A stretch of 52,115 nt of DNA from an uncultured Planctomycetaceae bacterium (GTDB taxonomy: Bacteria > Planctomycetota > Planctomycetia > Planctomycetales > Planctomycetaceae): the NCBI GenBank assembly GCA_937975745.1, contig CALJUK010000225.1, positions 1 through 52,115 of the forward strand. The letters are read 5' to 3'. The position numbers and the translations under genes were made by a program. A model generated the notes under the pieces. The model saw nothing but the letters and a program-made list of their open reading frames with translations. It did no database searches and was not told the origin of the DNA. Below, one piece after another: positions 23,020 to 30,789 of the stretch. How positions within the stretch are numbered: position 1 is the first letter of the stretch; every line of letters starts with the position of its first letter.

Positions 23020-23478
23020 TCAAGACTTACCAAGCGATGACAGCTCACACCCGATGTTCTTCCGGAATTCCTTCCAGTCGTCCTTGTCTGAACCCAGGAC
23101 AGTGTCAGTGAGGCGACCAACCGTAGGGCCCACCTCGTTGGCGTTCTCAAACGTGCCTTTCGCCGCTTCTTCACCAACAACCCGGTAGACAGCCGCGATC
23201 TTGCGGGCGTTAACCGGCTTGTCATTCGCTGTAACCGCCTCGTACCAAGACTTGACCTTTGTGGCGAATGAAGGGGAATCAGGCGGCGATGGATCGTTTG
23301 GCGAACCAGATGTGCGAATCACTCGCTGAGCCGAAACCTTGACTCGTTTCGCGCCACCATCAGCCGTCAGTGTGACAACAGATGCACTGCCGTCCGAGTG
23401 CATCAGGATGATCGTTTCGTCAGCCAGTGCCGTTGCACCAACCACGAAACACACAACAAAAGCTAGACATCGCCCCAT
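23020..23478 (-). CDS. secreted protein with a Sec-type signal peptide
   Basis: MGRCLAFVVCFVVGATALA-DE. Confidence 0.5.
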   Translation of the reverse strand: MGRCLAFVVCFVVGATALADETIILMHSDGSASVVTLTADGGAKRVKVSAQRVIRTSGSPNDPSPPDSPSFATKVKSWYEAVTANDKPVNARKIAAVYRVVGEEAAKGTFENANEVGPTVGRLTDTVLGSDKDDWKEFRKNIGCELSSLGKS

Positions 23479-24260
23479 GGGTCGTCGTCTCCGAGATCAG
23501 GAGTGGAAGCGTCCGGGATGAATCGCAGGACGCCCACTTGCTTCCCGCCAACCAGGACTGGTGAATCGTTGATCTTGACCGTGGTCCCGGGAACCGGTGG
23601 CTCTGGGTCAGGGCGTTCGGCAGGGCCATACCCCAAACGAACGGCACGATCGACGTCGTTCTGAGTCAATCCATCTAGGCCACGGATCATGTAGGGATTC
23701 ATGATGTAGTTGCCGCGGTTGTGCGGCAGCCCAAGAAGATGGCCAAGCTCGTGCAGGGCAACGAGATAGAGGTAGTGTGATGTCCAGGATCGGATGTCGT
23801 ACCGCTGCTGGAACCCCTTGCCGCACGTGTTGTTTGCAAGGTGAGACCAAGCAAGCGTGTTGCCGTCGAGGTGCCCGAAATCAACTGTGCAATGCGCGGC
23901 CCTCGATGTTGTCAGGTGCCACTTGAGGTTAACGTGTTCCATCCAGTCCTTGAGTGCGCGGTCAAACTGCTCCTCAAATGTCCTCTTGGTGATACCCATC
24001 CGCCCAGACCAGTTGTCCCAGTCAATTCGAAGTTGAAGCTTCTGGGAGCAGAGTTCTGGGAATCGAGCCTCAGCGATTTCTCCATTCGCTCCAGCCACGT
24101 CGGGGACCGAGCAGCAGCGGTTCATGAGATGCTCTTCAATCGCCGGATTGACACCACCTAACTTGTCAGCCAAATCAGTGATGTCATCGCTCCAGAAGGA
24201 CCGGTAGTTGTTCTTGGAGAGTCCTGTGAAACTCAACGCTCGGTTGGCAACTTCATGCAT
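23463..24260 (-). CDS. matrixin/metzincin-type zinc metalloprotease
   Basis: LVALHELGHLLGLPH (HExxHxxGxxH) followed by a Met-turn candidate (YIMNPYM). Confidence 0.75.
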   Translation of the reverse strand: MHEVANRALSFTGLSKNNYRSFWSDDITDLADKLGGVNPAIEEHLMNRCCSVPDVAGANGEIAEARFPELCSQKLQLRIDWDNWSGRMGITKRTFEEQFDRALKDWMEHVNLKWHLTTSRAAHCTVDFGHLDGNTLAWSHLANNTCGKGFQQRYDIRSWTSHYLYLVALHELGHLLGLPHNRGNYIMNPYMIRGLDGLTQNDVDRAVRLGYGPAERPDPEPPVPGTTVKINDSPVLVGGKQVGVLRFIPDASTPDLGDDDPWGDV

Positions 24261-24495
24261 GAAAATGTCCCTGTCGGTGTCTGATGTCGTCCGCTGTCAC
24301 CCCCGCACCGGCTGCGAGAACAACCAAGTCCTTGGCCATTTGAGCAACATCAAAGTCTTCGATCACCTTGAGTCGCCCAACAGCCTCAGCGGCGACGGCC
24401 GCCAAAGCATAGGCATCGTCTGTGTTTGCCGACTTAACGAAGGCATCAACGGCCGCTTTAAGTCGAACAGCCAGCGGTAGTTGTGGTTGATTCAT
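24253..24495 (-). CDS. hypothetical protein
   Basis: ORF 24253..24516. ATG24495 is preferred, 6 nt after motif H (GAGGGC-ATG). Confidence 0.5.
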   Translation of the reverse strand: MNQPQLPLAVRLKAAVDAFVKSANTDDAYALAAVAAEAVGRLKVIEDFDVAQMAKDLVVLAAGAGVTADDIRHRQGHFHA

Positions 24496-24500
24496 GCCCT

Positions 24501-24521
24501 CACTATCGGACGGCACTCCAG
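24501..24521 (-). promoter_or_regulatory. bipartite promoter-like motif (copy H)
   Basis: Minus strand CTGGAGTGCCGTCCGATAGTG. It nearly fills the gap between stop TAG (24525-24523) and ATG24495. Confidence 0.55.
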
Positions 24522-24522
24522 G

Positions 24523-27500
24523 CTACTTGGACTCGGCCTTGCGGCGCTCCTTCTGTCGCTTCGACCAGAGGGACAGCAAATCTTGGAGTCGCTGAGCTTC
24601 AGCACGTTCCTTGGGCGACATCGCCGCGAGGTCGTCGGGCCGGAAGTAGAGCCGCTCGAACTTGCCCGCGCCGCGACTGAGCATGTCTTCCCGAACAAGC
24701 TCCCGGATTACCGCTTCCTTCGCACCTGGGCTGATATCGCTGACGCGAACACCCGTGAGGATGTTGGCCAGTGCTGCCGGTCCTGGGATTCGAGTCCCAG
24801 GGATCGCCTTTCGCTCATCGGTCAGTTGACGAACCGTCGTCAAGGCCCGTGCAGCCGGTGAATTCGCTACGGCCGTTTCGAGCCATTGCGGTAGTTGGAC
24901 AGCCTTCTTCTCGCCTGTCACGTTCGCCAGGAGACGTCCAACGAGGGGATCGAGGTCTTCGAGCGGCCGCCCGCCGGACGGACTCTTCTGGAAGAAGCTC
25001 TGACCTGTGAAGTACTCCAGGGGGCCTTTGACGAATGGATTCATCCGGCTGAGCACCTCAAGGCCGGCCGATCGAGCGTCTGGACCGAACGACAGCGGGT
25101 CTTCGTGCATCATCCCGAAGCCAGCGAGATACCGGTCTGTGCCGGCCGGAAGCTGCCCGAGAATATTCCCCAGCGGAATACTCGCCGTGTCGCGCACGTA
25201 GTCCGGAGCCGTCTCGGCATCCTGGTGCGCAAGGCGTTGTGTGCGGATTGTCGCGCCGAGGGGTCCGCCTGGGCGCTGGGCGAGTTCACTCACCACCTGC
25301 TTGCCCATCCGGCTGGAGAAGCTCCAGAACGGGATCAGACGCTTCATGATCTGCTGCTCGAACGGCGTGAAATACCGATTCGAATACTGGACCTGTGCCT
25401 GACCCACGAGTTTGGCTGCCTCGTCTCGGGCTGTCCCGCGTCGCAGAAGCTCAATGTACGGGGCGAGACGGTTGCGACCTTCCACGTAGTGACCAATCTC
25501 TTCGCCGGCCGCGAGAGGCCCCCACGTGCTCTCCGTGGCCCCTCGAACGCCTCTGAACTGAGCTTTGAGGGGATTGAGCTGCGTGTCCGGGTGAAGGCCG
25601 GACGCCTTCTGTGCGACCCGTCCAAGCCGCATGGCGGGATCACCCACGTCAACCTGACTGGAAAGCATCTCACTCAGCGATCCGGGCTTGGCCGCCGTCT
25701 TCTCGGTCTGAGCGATCGTGGCGGTCACATCGGTGGCTTGGTTGTTTCGCGAGAGGATCCCATCGGCAGACGCCATCTCCCCGAGAATCCTACGGGCCAT
25801 GTCGTCCGTAAGTCCGGGCGCATCGGCTGGATCAAACACGTAGCTGTTGCCAACCTTTCGATACCCCATGCCGTCGAGAATCGCTCCAAACTCAGGCGTC
25901 GCCTCTTCGACGACAACCCGCTTACCGGTTCCTGCCAGGGTATTGTGGAGCCGCCGGAAGTCTCCACGTCCAGGGACCGCAGACTGAACCCGCGCCACGA
26001 CCAGGGCATCAGGAACCTGCACTCCCTTGGCACCAACGTCTCTACCTGCCCAATCCTGACGACGAATCAGAAGATCGGGGAACGTTTCGTTCGACAGACT
26101 GTGCGATCCGCCCACTGGAGCACTCGCCACATCCTGTACGCGAGCTGCCAAGGCCTCATCGACCAGCTCACCGCCGGCTTGTCGCCGTGCCCACTCATCA
26201 CGGATGGCGGGGAGTTCCCGGAGCCCCGCAACCGCTCGCCCCTTCATGTAGTCACCAGCCATGGACTCCGCCTGTCGGCTGGTAATCCCCTTCATGAAGT
26301 TCCAGGCGAGACCAGACATGCGGTTTCGGACGTGGAAGGCCGGCCAGATCGAGGTCCACATGCCTTTGCCGAAGTTCGTAACTCCGTCGACGATCTTCAG
26401 CCATTCGTCGAGTTCGTCCGATCCGGTCATCTGCTTCATGTATTGGCGCACATCGTTGGCGATCTCCCTCGAAACAACCGCCTTTCCGAGTTCACCTGTC
26501 GTGACGTCTCCGGTCAGGCCGAGTTTCTTGAACAGGTACTCCCCAAACCCACCAGCCTCGTCAGACTTGCCCCACTTCAGCCCCACTTCCTTGACGAGTG
26601 TCATGAGCTGGACGGTGTCGCGAGCATCAGCAATCGCGTCGCCACGCAGCTTTACCACGCCCGGCTGTGAGAGGACATCGGCCAATGTTTCGATCGAGAC
26701 GTCCGCGTTCTTCGATGCCAGAAGTCGTGCGTTAAGGTCCTTGAGTGGGTGGTTGCCGAAGATTCCGGAATCAAGCGTCTCAGGCGCATAGCTTCCCAGC
26801 CGTTTCGCGAGGGCCTTGTACCGGCCGGTCTCCCTTCGAACCCACTCCCCAGCGCCGCCTCCGCCGGGAGTCTCCTTGAACATGCGGTAGGAGTCTGGCA
26901 GCCAGCTCCCGTGCTTTGCTTCTAGGAATTTGGCCACATCCTCGGTCTTGACGCCGTCTCGCGCGAGAACTTGCGCCAACTCCGGATCACGGGCGATCTC
27001 TTTTGCCGCGATGGTTCCGCCGGGGATGTCGCGGAAGACGTCCAGGCGGCCAATCTGAGATGAGTCTGCGGCCGAGATGAAGGCCTTGTCGCGGGCCGGC
27101 TTGTGGCCGAGAGCTTCCGCTATGAAGCGTGGAAAGTAATCGATGTAGTCGTCCGTCAGCTCCCCAGTCTTCTTCCCGATCGCCTTTCCCTGCTCGATCA
27201 TGGGTTTGATCAGGTCGCGTGCATCGTTCGCAACCTTTTGCATCACCTGCAACTGCTCGGGAGTTGTCCGCTTGAGCGTTTCGTCAATCCCAGCCCTCAC
27301 TGTCGATGGGACATCGGCGGGGCGCACACCCTCCATCATCATCCGCAGGAGGTCGCCAGCCGCCTCATCGGAGACGCCAGCCGTCTTGAGTTCGTTCCCG
27401 AGCCGAACCGCCTCGAGCTGCACATCTCCCATCGCAGCAATCTTCTCATCAAACGACCGCTTGGCGAATCGCTGAACCAAAGCACTCTTGGTCCCATGAA

Positions 27501-28341
27501 GTGCTGCGTCGAACAGACGAAACCCTGCATCGATCGGGCGAATCTCAGTGCCTGGAATGGCCGCGCGGCGGATTCCTGTGCCGATCTTGTCGAGGCGACG
27601 TGCTGCCGCCTGAGACTTTGCGCCCGTCCCCAGAACTGCTGACGGAGCAGAGAACGGGAGTCCTGCCCCAAACAGACCGCCGAGTTGCTCACCGCGGACT
27701 GCGTCCAGGGATGTTCCCATCTGCTGGGCGGCGGTGTGCGCCTTTGCTGTCGCCTGATCGCCACCATACTTGAGGAGATCGTCGAGCGTTGTGGAGAGCA
27801 TCGCCTCACGACGACCGATCTGATCAACCGGCTTGCCCGCCTTCTTCGCGGCCGCAAACACCGCATCATCAAGAAGCCCCGCTCGTTTGGCGACCTGACC
27901 AGCCTTTCCTACCGCCGACGCCCCCAAGGACAGGTATGTAAGCGGGTCGAGCCCCATTTCAATTCCGAGTCCACCCCAGAAGTTCCCGGTGGTGTCCCGC
28001 GAGCGTGCGAGGCCCATGTTGCGGGCAATGTCCCGCCCCGTCGTGCGCCCCTCGGATGAGAACCAGTTCCAGGGGAGAAGCTGATCGAGCGGGTTTCTGT
28101 CGCCGCGCCGGCCGCCTGAGAACAGATTGACCGTGTCACGAACCACGGAACCCGGCAAATCCAGAAAGTTCCCGACAGCTCCCGCCGTGTTAATTGCGCC
28201 ACTTCGTAGGCTCCCGACGAGAGATCGCTCTTCCTGGTCGCTCATCGGCTGTCGAGCTGGAGCCCGCCTCGATAGTGAGGCTGTCCGGCCAAGGAGCCTT
28301 GCCAGTTCTGGGTCAATCTGCGCAAGCACTTGCGACATCAC
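24523..28341 (-). CDS. very large virion-associated protein (internal/ejection or tape-measure-like; function unassigned)
   Basis: 1272-aa uninterrupted ORF at the distal end of the structural block. No catalytic motif recognised. Confidence 0.6.
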   Translation of the reverse strand: MMSQVLAQIDPELARLLGRTASLSRRAPARQPMSDQEERSLVGSLRSGAINTAGAVGNFLDLPGSVVRDTVNLFSGGRRGDRNPLDQLLPWNWFSSEGRTTGRDIARNMGLARSRDTTGNFWGGLGIEMGLDPLTYLSLGASAVGKAGQVAKRAGLLDDAVFAAAKKAGKPVDQIGRREAMLSTTLDDLLKYGGDQATAKAHTAAQQMGTSLDAVRGEQLGGLFGAGLPFSAPSAVLGTGAKSQAAARRLDKIGTGIRRAAIPGTEIRPIDAGFRLFDAALHGTKSALVQRFAKRSFDEKIAAMGDVQLEAVRLGNELKTAGVSDEAAGDLLRMMMEGVRPADVPSTVRAGIDETLKRTTPEQLQVMQKVANDARDLIKPMIEQGKAIGKKTGELTDDYIDYFPRFIAEALGHKPARDKAFISAADSSQIGRLDVFRDIPGGTIAAKEIARDPELAQVLARDGVKTEDVAKFLEAKHGSWLPDSYRMFKETPGGGGAGEWVRRETGRYKALAKRLGSYAPETLDSGIFGNHPLKDLNARLLASKNADVSIETLADVLSQPGVVKLRGDAIADARDTVQLMTLVKEVGLKWGKSDEAGGFGEYLFKKLGLTGDVTTGELGKAVVSREIANDVRQYMKQMTGSDELDEWLKIVDGVTNFGKGMWTSIWPAFHVRNRMSGLAWNFMKGITSRQAESMAGDYMKGRAVAGLRELPAIRDEWARRQAGGELVDEALAARVQDVASAPVGGSHSLSNETFPDLLIRRQDWAGRDVGAKGVQVPDALVVARVQSAVPGRGDFRRLHNTLAGTGKRVVVEEATPEFGAILDGMGYRKVGNSYVFDPADAPGLTDDMARRILGEMASADGILSRNNQATDVTATIAQTEKTAAKPGSLSEMLSSQVDVGDPAMRLGRVAQKASGLHPDTQLNPLKAQFRGVRGATESTWGPLAAGEEIGHYVEGRNRLAPYIELLRRGTARDEAAKLVGQAQVQYSNRYFTPFEQQIMKRLIPFWSFSSRMGKQVVSELAQRPGGPLGATIRTQRLAHQDAETAPDYVRDTASIPLGNILGQLPAGTDRYLAGFGMMHEDPLSFGPDARSAGLEVLSRMNPFVKGPLEYFTGQSFFQKSPSGGRPLEDLDPLVGRLLANVTGEKKAVQLPQWLETAVANSPAARALTTVRQLTDERKAIPGTRIPGPAALANILTGVRVSDISPGAKEAVIRELVREDMLSRGAGKFERLYFRPDDLAAMSPKERAEAQRLQDLLSLWSKRQKERRKAESK
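28257..28277 (+). promoter_or_regulatory. bipartite promoter-like motif (copy E)
   Basis: CTGGAGCCCGCCTCGATAGTG on the plus strand, antisense inside the first ~30 codons of the 1272-aa gene. Followed by a hairpin and ATG28360. Confidence 0.55.
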
Positions 28342-28359
28342 AAACTCCGCGAGAAGAAC

Positions 28360-28713
28360 ATGTCCGAATCATGGAAACTGACCACGACTCGTCAGTGTGC
28401 CAAATGCCCCTGGCGGGTGGATACCGATCCGCGAGAAATCCCGAACGGCTACACCGAAGACAAACACCGGGCGCTTGAGTCTACCATCGAGCGCCGCGGT
28501 GTGGGTGAGCAACTCGCAAGTGATTCCGTGCGAGTGATGACCTGTCACGAGAGCAACGCGGGGGACGAATCGATGTGTCTGGGGTGGCTGATGAATCAGC
28601 TAGGCCCCGGAAACAACATCAGCATGAGATTGATGGCTCGTCGCTGCGAGAACATCAATGACGTCGAGCTGATTGGTGAACAGCACCAGACTTTTGAGGA
28701 CACCTTGCCATGA
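28360..28713 (+). CDS. Cys-rich hypothetical protein
   Basis: Internal ATG of ORF 28330..28713. CAKCPWR ... MTCHES ... MCLGW. Confidence 0.55.
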   Translation: MSESWKLTTTRQCAKCPWRVDTDPREIPNGYTEDKHRALESTIERRGVGEQLASDSVRVMTCHESNAGDESMCLGWLMNQLGPGNNISMRLMARRCENINDVELIGEQHQTFEDTLP

Positions 28714-29027
28714 AATTAGACGACCTGACCAAAGTTCAGCGATCATTGATCCTCTACCTTGAAACAAGGATCGTCGATCGAGCCGGTCGCCTGGACAGCA
28801 GGCACCTCAACAAGGAAGACCGAGACCAGCTCAAGGTATGGAATGCAGACGGGTTCATTCAGTACGGCCGCATCGTCATGGAAGACTGCAACTCGGACGG
28901 ATCGACGTGGGTTGAGTTCTCAGAAGAGGCCTGGGACGTCGCCCATGCTGAGCGCCGGGCACGCGGCCACAGAATGTTGGAGTCCCGCAACTACACACGA
29001 ACCAACGAGAGACATCATGCCGGTTAA
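28710..29027 (+). CDS. hypothetical protein
   Basis: 105 aa, with an ATGA overlap with the previous gene. Confidence 0.55.
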   Translation: MKLDDLTKVQRSLILYLETRIVDRAGRLDSRHLNKEDRDQLKVWNADGFIQYGRIVMEDCNSDGSTWVEFSEEAWDVAHAERRARGHRMLESRNYTRTNERHHAG

Positions 29028-29433
29028 ATTCAGTGTCTATGTCGCCTCACGAGCGAGCGTTCCCGATAGACCCGAAATGTGGAGGCGTCTAAGGGAACAA
29101 GGATGGTCAATCAGCTCACATTGGATTGATGAACCAATATCCGATCACGGGAAAGACTTTGAGTCGTTGTGGACGCAGGTTCGAAGTGACATCTACAGAA
29201 GCTCTGGCCTGATTCTGTATGCGACTTCAGAAGACTTCCCTCTGAAGGGTGCGCTGGTCGAGGCTGGAATAGCGGTCGGCATGAAAAAGCGTGTCGCCGT
29301 TGTCCTTGAGGGTTTCGAACCAGAACTCCCCAGTCATCGACCAATTGGTTCATGGGTCAACCATCCACTCTGCCAGATGTTTAACAACCTCAGCGACGCC
29401 TACGCTTGGCTGGAGAAACACCATGCCGGTTGA
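29017..29433 (+). CDS. nucleoside 2-deoxyribosyltransferase-like (Rossmannoid) protein
   Basis: Internal ATG of ORF 28759..29433. VYVASRAS ... SSGLILY ... KGALVEAGIAVGMKKRVAVVL resembles the NDT-family core. Confidence 0.45.
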   Translation: MPVKFSVYVASRASVPDRPEMWRRLREQGWSISSHWIDEPISDHGKDFESLWTQVRSDIYRSSGLILYATSEDFPLKGALVEAGIAVGMKKRVAVVLEGFEPELPSHRPIGSWVNHPLCQMFNNLSDAYAWLEKHHAG

Positions 29434-29845
29434 AATGCCAGAAGAACTCACCGCCGAAAACGGTGCCAAGGCCCTCATGATTGGTGAGTTCGAGGAGGAG
29501 ATTCCGAACCCGACCTATTGTGACTGTGGAGTGTCACTCTGTCCGATGTGTGAGATCACTCAGGACGAAATGTTGAGCCCGACCATGAAGGTCCAAGTCT
29601 CGTGGGACACGATCAAGAAGATTTACAAAAAGCTCGTGAGGAATCGCCGCCAACTACTCGAAAACCACAACCCTGTTTTCGCCGCTTTGAACGCCGTCGT
29701 GAAGCGCACAAACGGAACAAAGTTCATAGTCAAACTCGAACCGTACGAGCTGAGACCCGGAGAAGAGATAGTTGCCGATCGGCCACATGGCGATGGAGAC
29801 TTCTCATATTGCTGTGGTGTCACATACTGCCGCTGTGGCGATTAG
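29423..29845 (+). CDS. Cys-rich hypothetical protein
   Basis: Internal ATG of ORF 29291..29845. CDCG..CPMC and a YCCGVTYCRCGD tail. Confidence 0.5.
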   Translation: MPVEMPEELTAENGAKALMIGEFEEEIPNPTYCDCGVSLCPMCEITQDEMLSPTMKVQVSWDTIKKIYKKLVRNRRQLLENHNPVFAALNAVVKRTNGTKFIVKLEPYELRPGEEIVADRPHGDGDFSYCCGVTYCRCGD

Positions 29846-30786
29846 CGCCTCCACTGACCCGCTTCAATCAGCTCACGCTTCCGACGAAGACCCTGCGGAC
29901 TGAGGCCGGCACCGAGGTTCTCATACACGTGAGGATGGATTCCCCGTTGTCTTGCATGGCCTATCAGGCCAGCATCACGCTGACCGGCGCGGTGATCCTG
30001 AATCCGCTTCACTCGCTCCTGGAACAGCTCTTTAGTCAGGGTCTTGAGCGTGGGCGAACCGGATGGGGTGCTCGTCTCGCTGTCCTTGAGGGCGGCTTCT
30101 AAAACAGGGGAGCCGATGCTCATCTGGCCGTTCATGACCATCTGGACGAAGTCCATCGCCTTTTGTCGTTGAGCTTCATCAAACCCGGCCTCGGCAACGT
30201 CCGCCTGGAACTGCTGCTCGATCGGCGCGACCGCGGCCCGCTCCCGGGATGTCTGAACAGCACGCCGTTTCGTGTCGACCTTTGAGGCTTCCGGAACGGT
30301 TTGGGACGCCACATTCATGTTGACGCGCGGAGCCTCTGCCATTTCAGCGGGAAGCCGACCCTGCCCCGCTCGGATCGATCCGCCATCGAATAGACCGGAC
30401 ACGGTTGGCGCCGGCGCAGCTTGGGACTGCTCTAATCCAGCCATGCCCTGCGTGAGCATTTCAATGCCTCGCTGACGAATCGATGCGTCTGGCGACTCCG
30501 TCAATCGAGCCCCCATGTTGACCATCTGGGCAAGCGGCGAGGATTCCTGCTGCACGAGAGACGCTCGAGCTTGATCGTAAGGAGTCCCTTGGGCTTGGAT
30601 GCCAGCCACGTCGCGACGGGCACCTGCCTCGATTCCGGCCACATCACGCCGGACATCCGCACCAGTCTGAAGCTCCTGCTGAGCCAACTGGAACTCGCGA
30701 AGAGCTTGATTCTGCCGGTCCTGCCGAGTCAACGCATCCTGTTCGAGGGCAGTCCGCAGAAGCGATCGTTGTGAGAGTGGGATCAT
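29842..30786 (-). CDS. Gln/Ala-rich virion internal-protein-like
   Basis: 314 aa of low-complexity helical sequence. Its stop overlaps the convergent plus-strand stop by 4 nt. Confidence 0.55.
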   Translation of the reverse strand: MIPLSQRSLLRTALEQDALTRQDRQNQALREFQLAQQELQTGADVRRDVAGIEAGARRDVAGIQAQGTPYDQARASLVQQESSPLAQMVNMGARLTESPDASIRQRGIEMLTQGMAGLEQSQAAPAPTVSGLFDGGSIRAGQGRLPAEMAEAPRVNMNVASQTVPEASKVDTKRRAVQTSRERAAVAPIEQQFQADVAEAGFDEAQRQKAMDFVQMVMNGQMSIGSPVLEAALKDSETSTPSGSPTLKTLTKELFQERVKRIQDHRAGQRDAGLIGHARQRGIHPHVYENLGAGLSPQGLRRKRELIEAGQWRR

Positions 30787-30789
30787 GAT

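Noticed and set aside
24895-26670. 591-aa plus-strand ORF, with several 80-180-aa ORFs, antisense to the 1272-aa gene.
   Set aside because: It is Arg/Pro/Gly-rich and low in complexity, lies entirely inside a longer, better-behaved minus-strand ORF, and has no SD or start context. It is a typical shadow ORF of GC-rich coding DNA.
2273-28277. CTGGAG as the recognition site of type IIS restriction enzymes (BpmI/GsuI-type), which would make the motif a restriction-related signal.
   Set aside because: The hexamer is always paired with CGATAGT at a fixed distance and always oriented with genes, which a restriction site would not require. GGAG also doubles as the SD core elsewhere (for example 2428, 7726, 20797).
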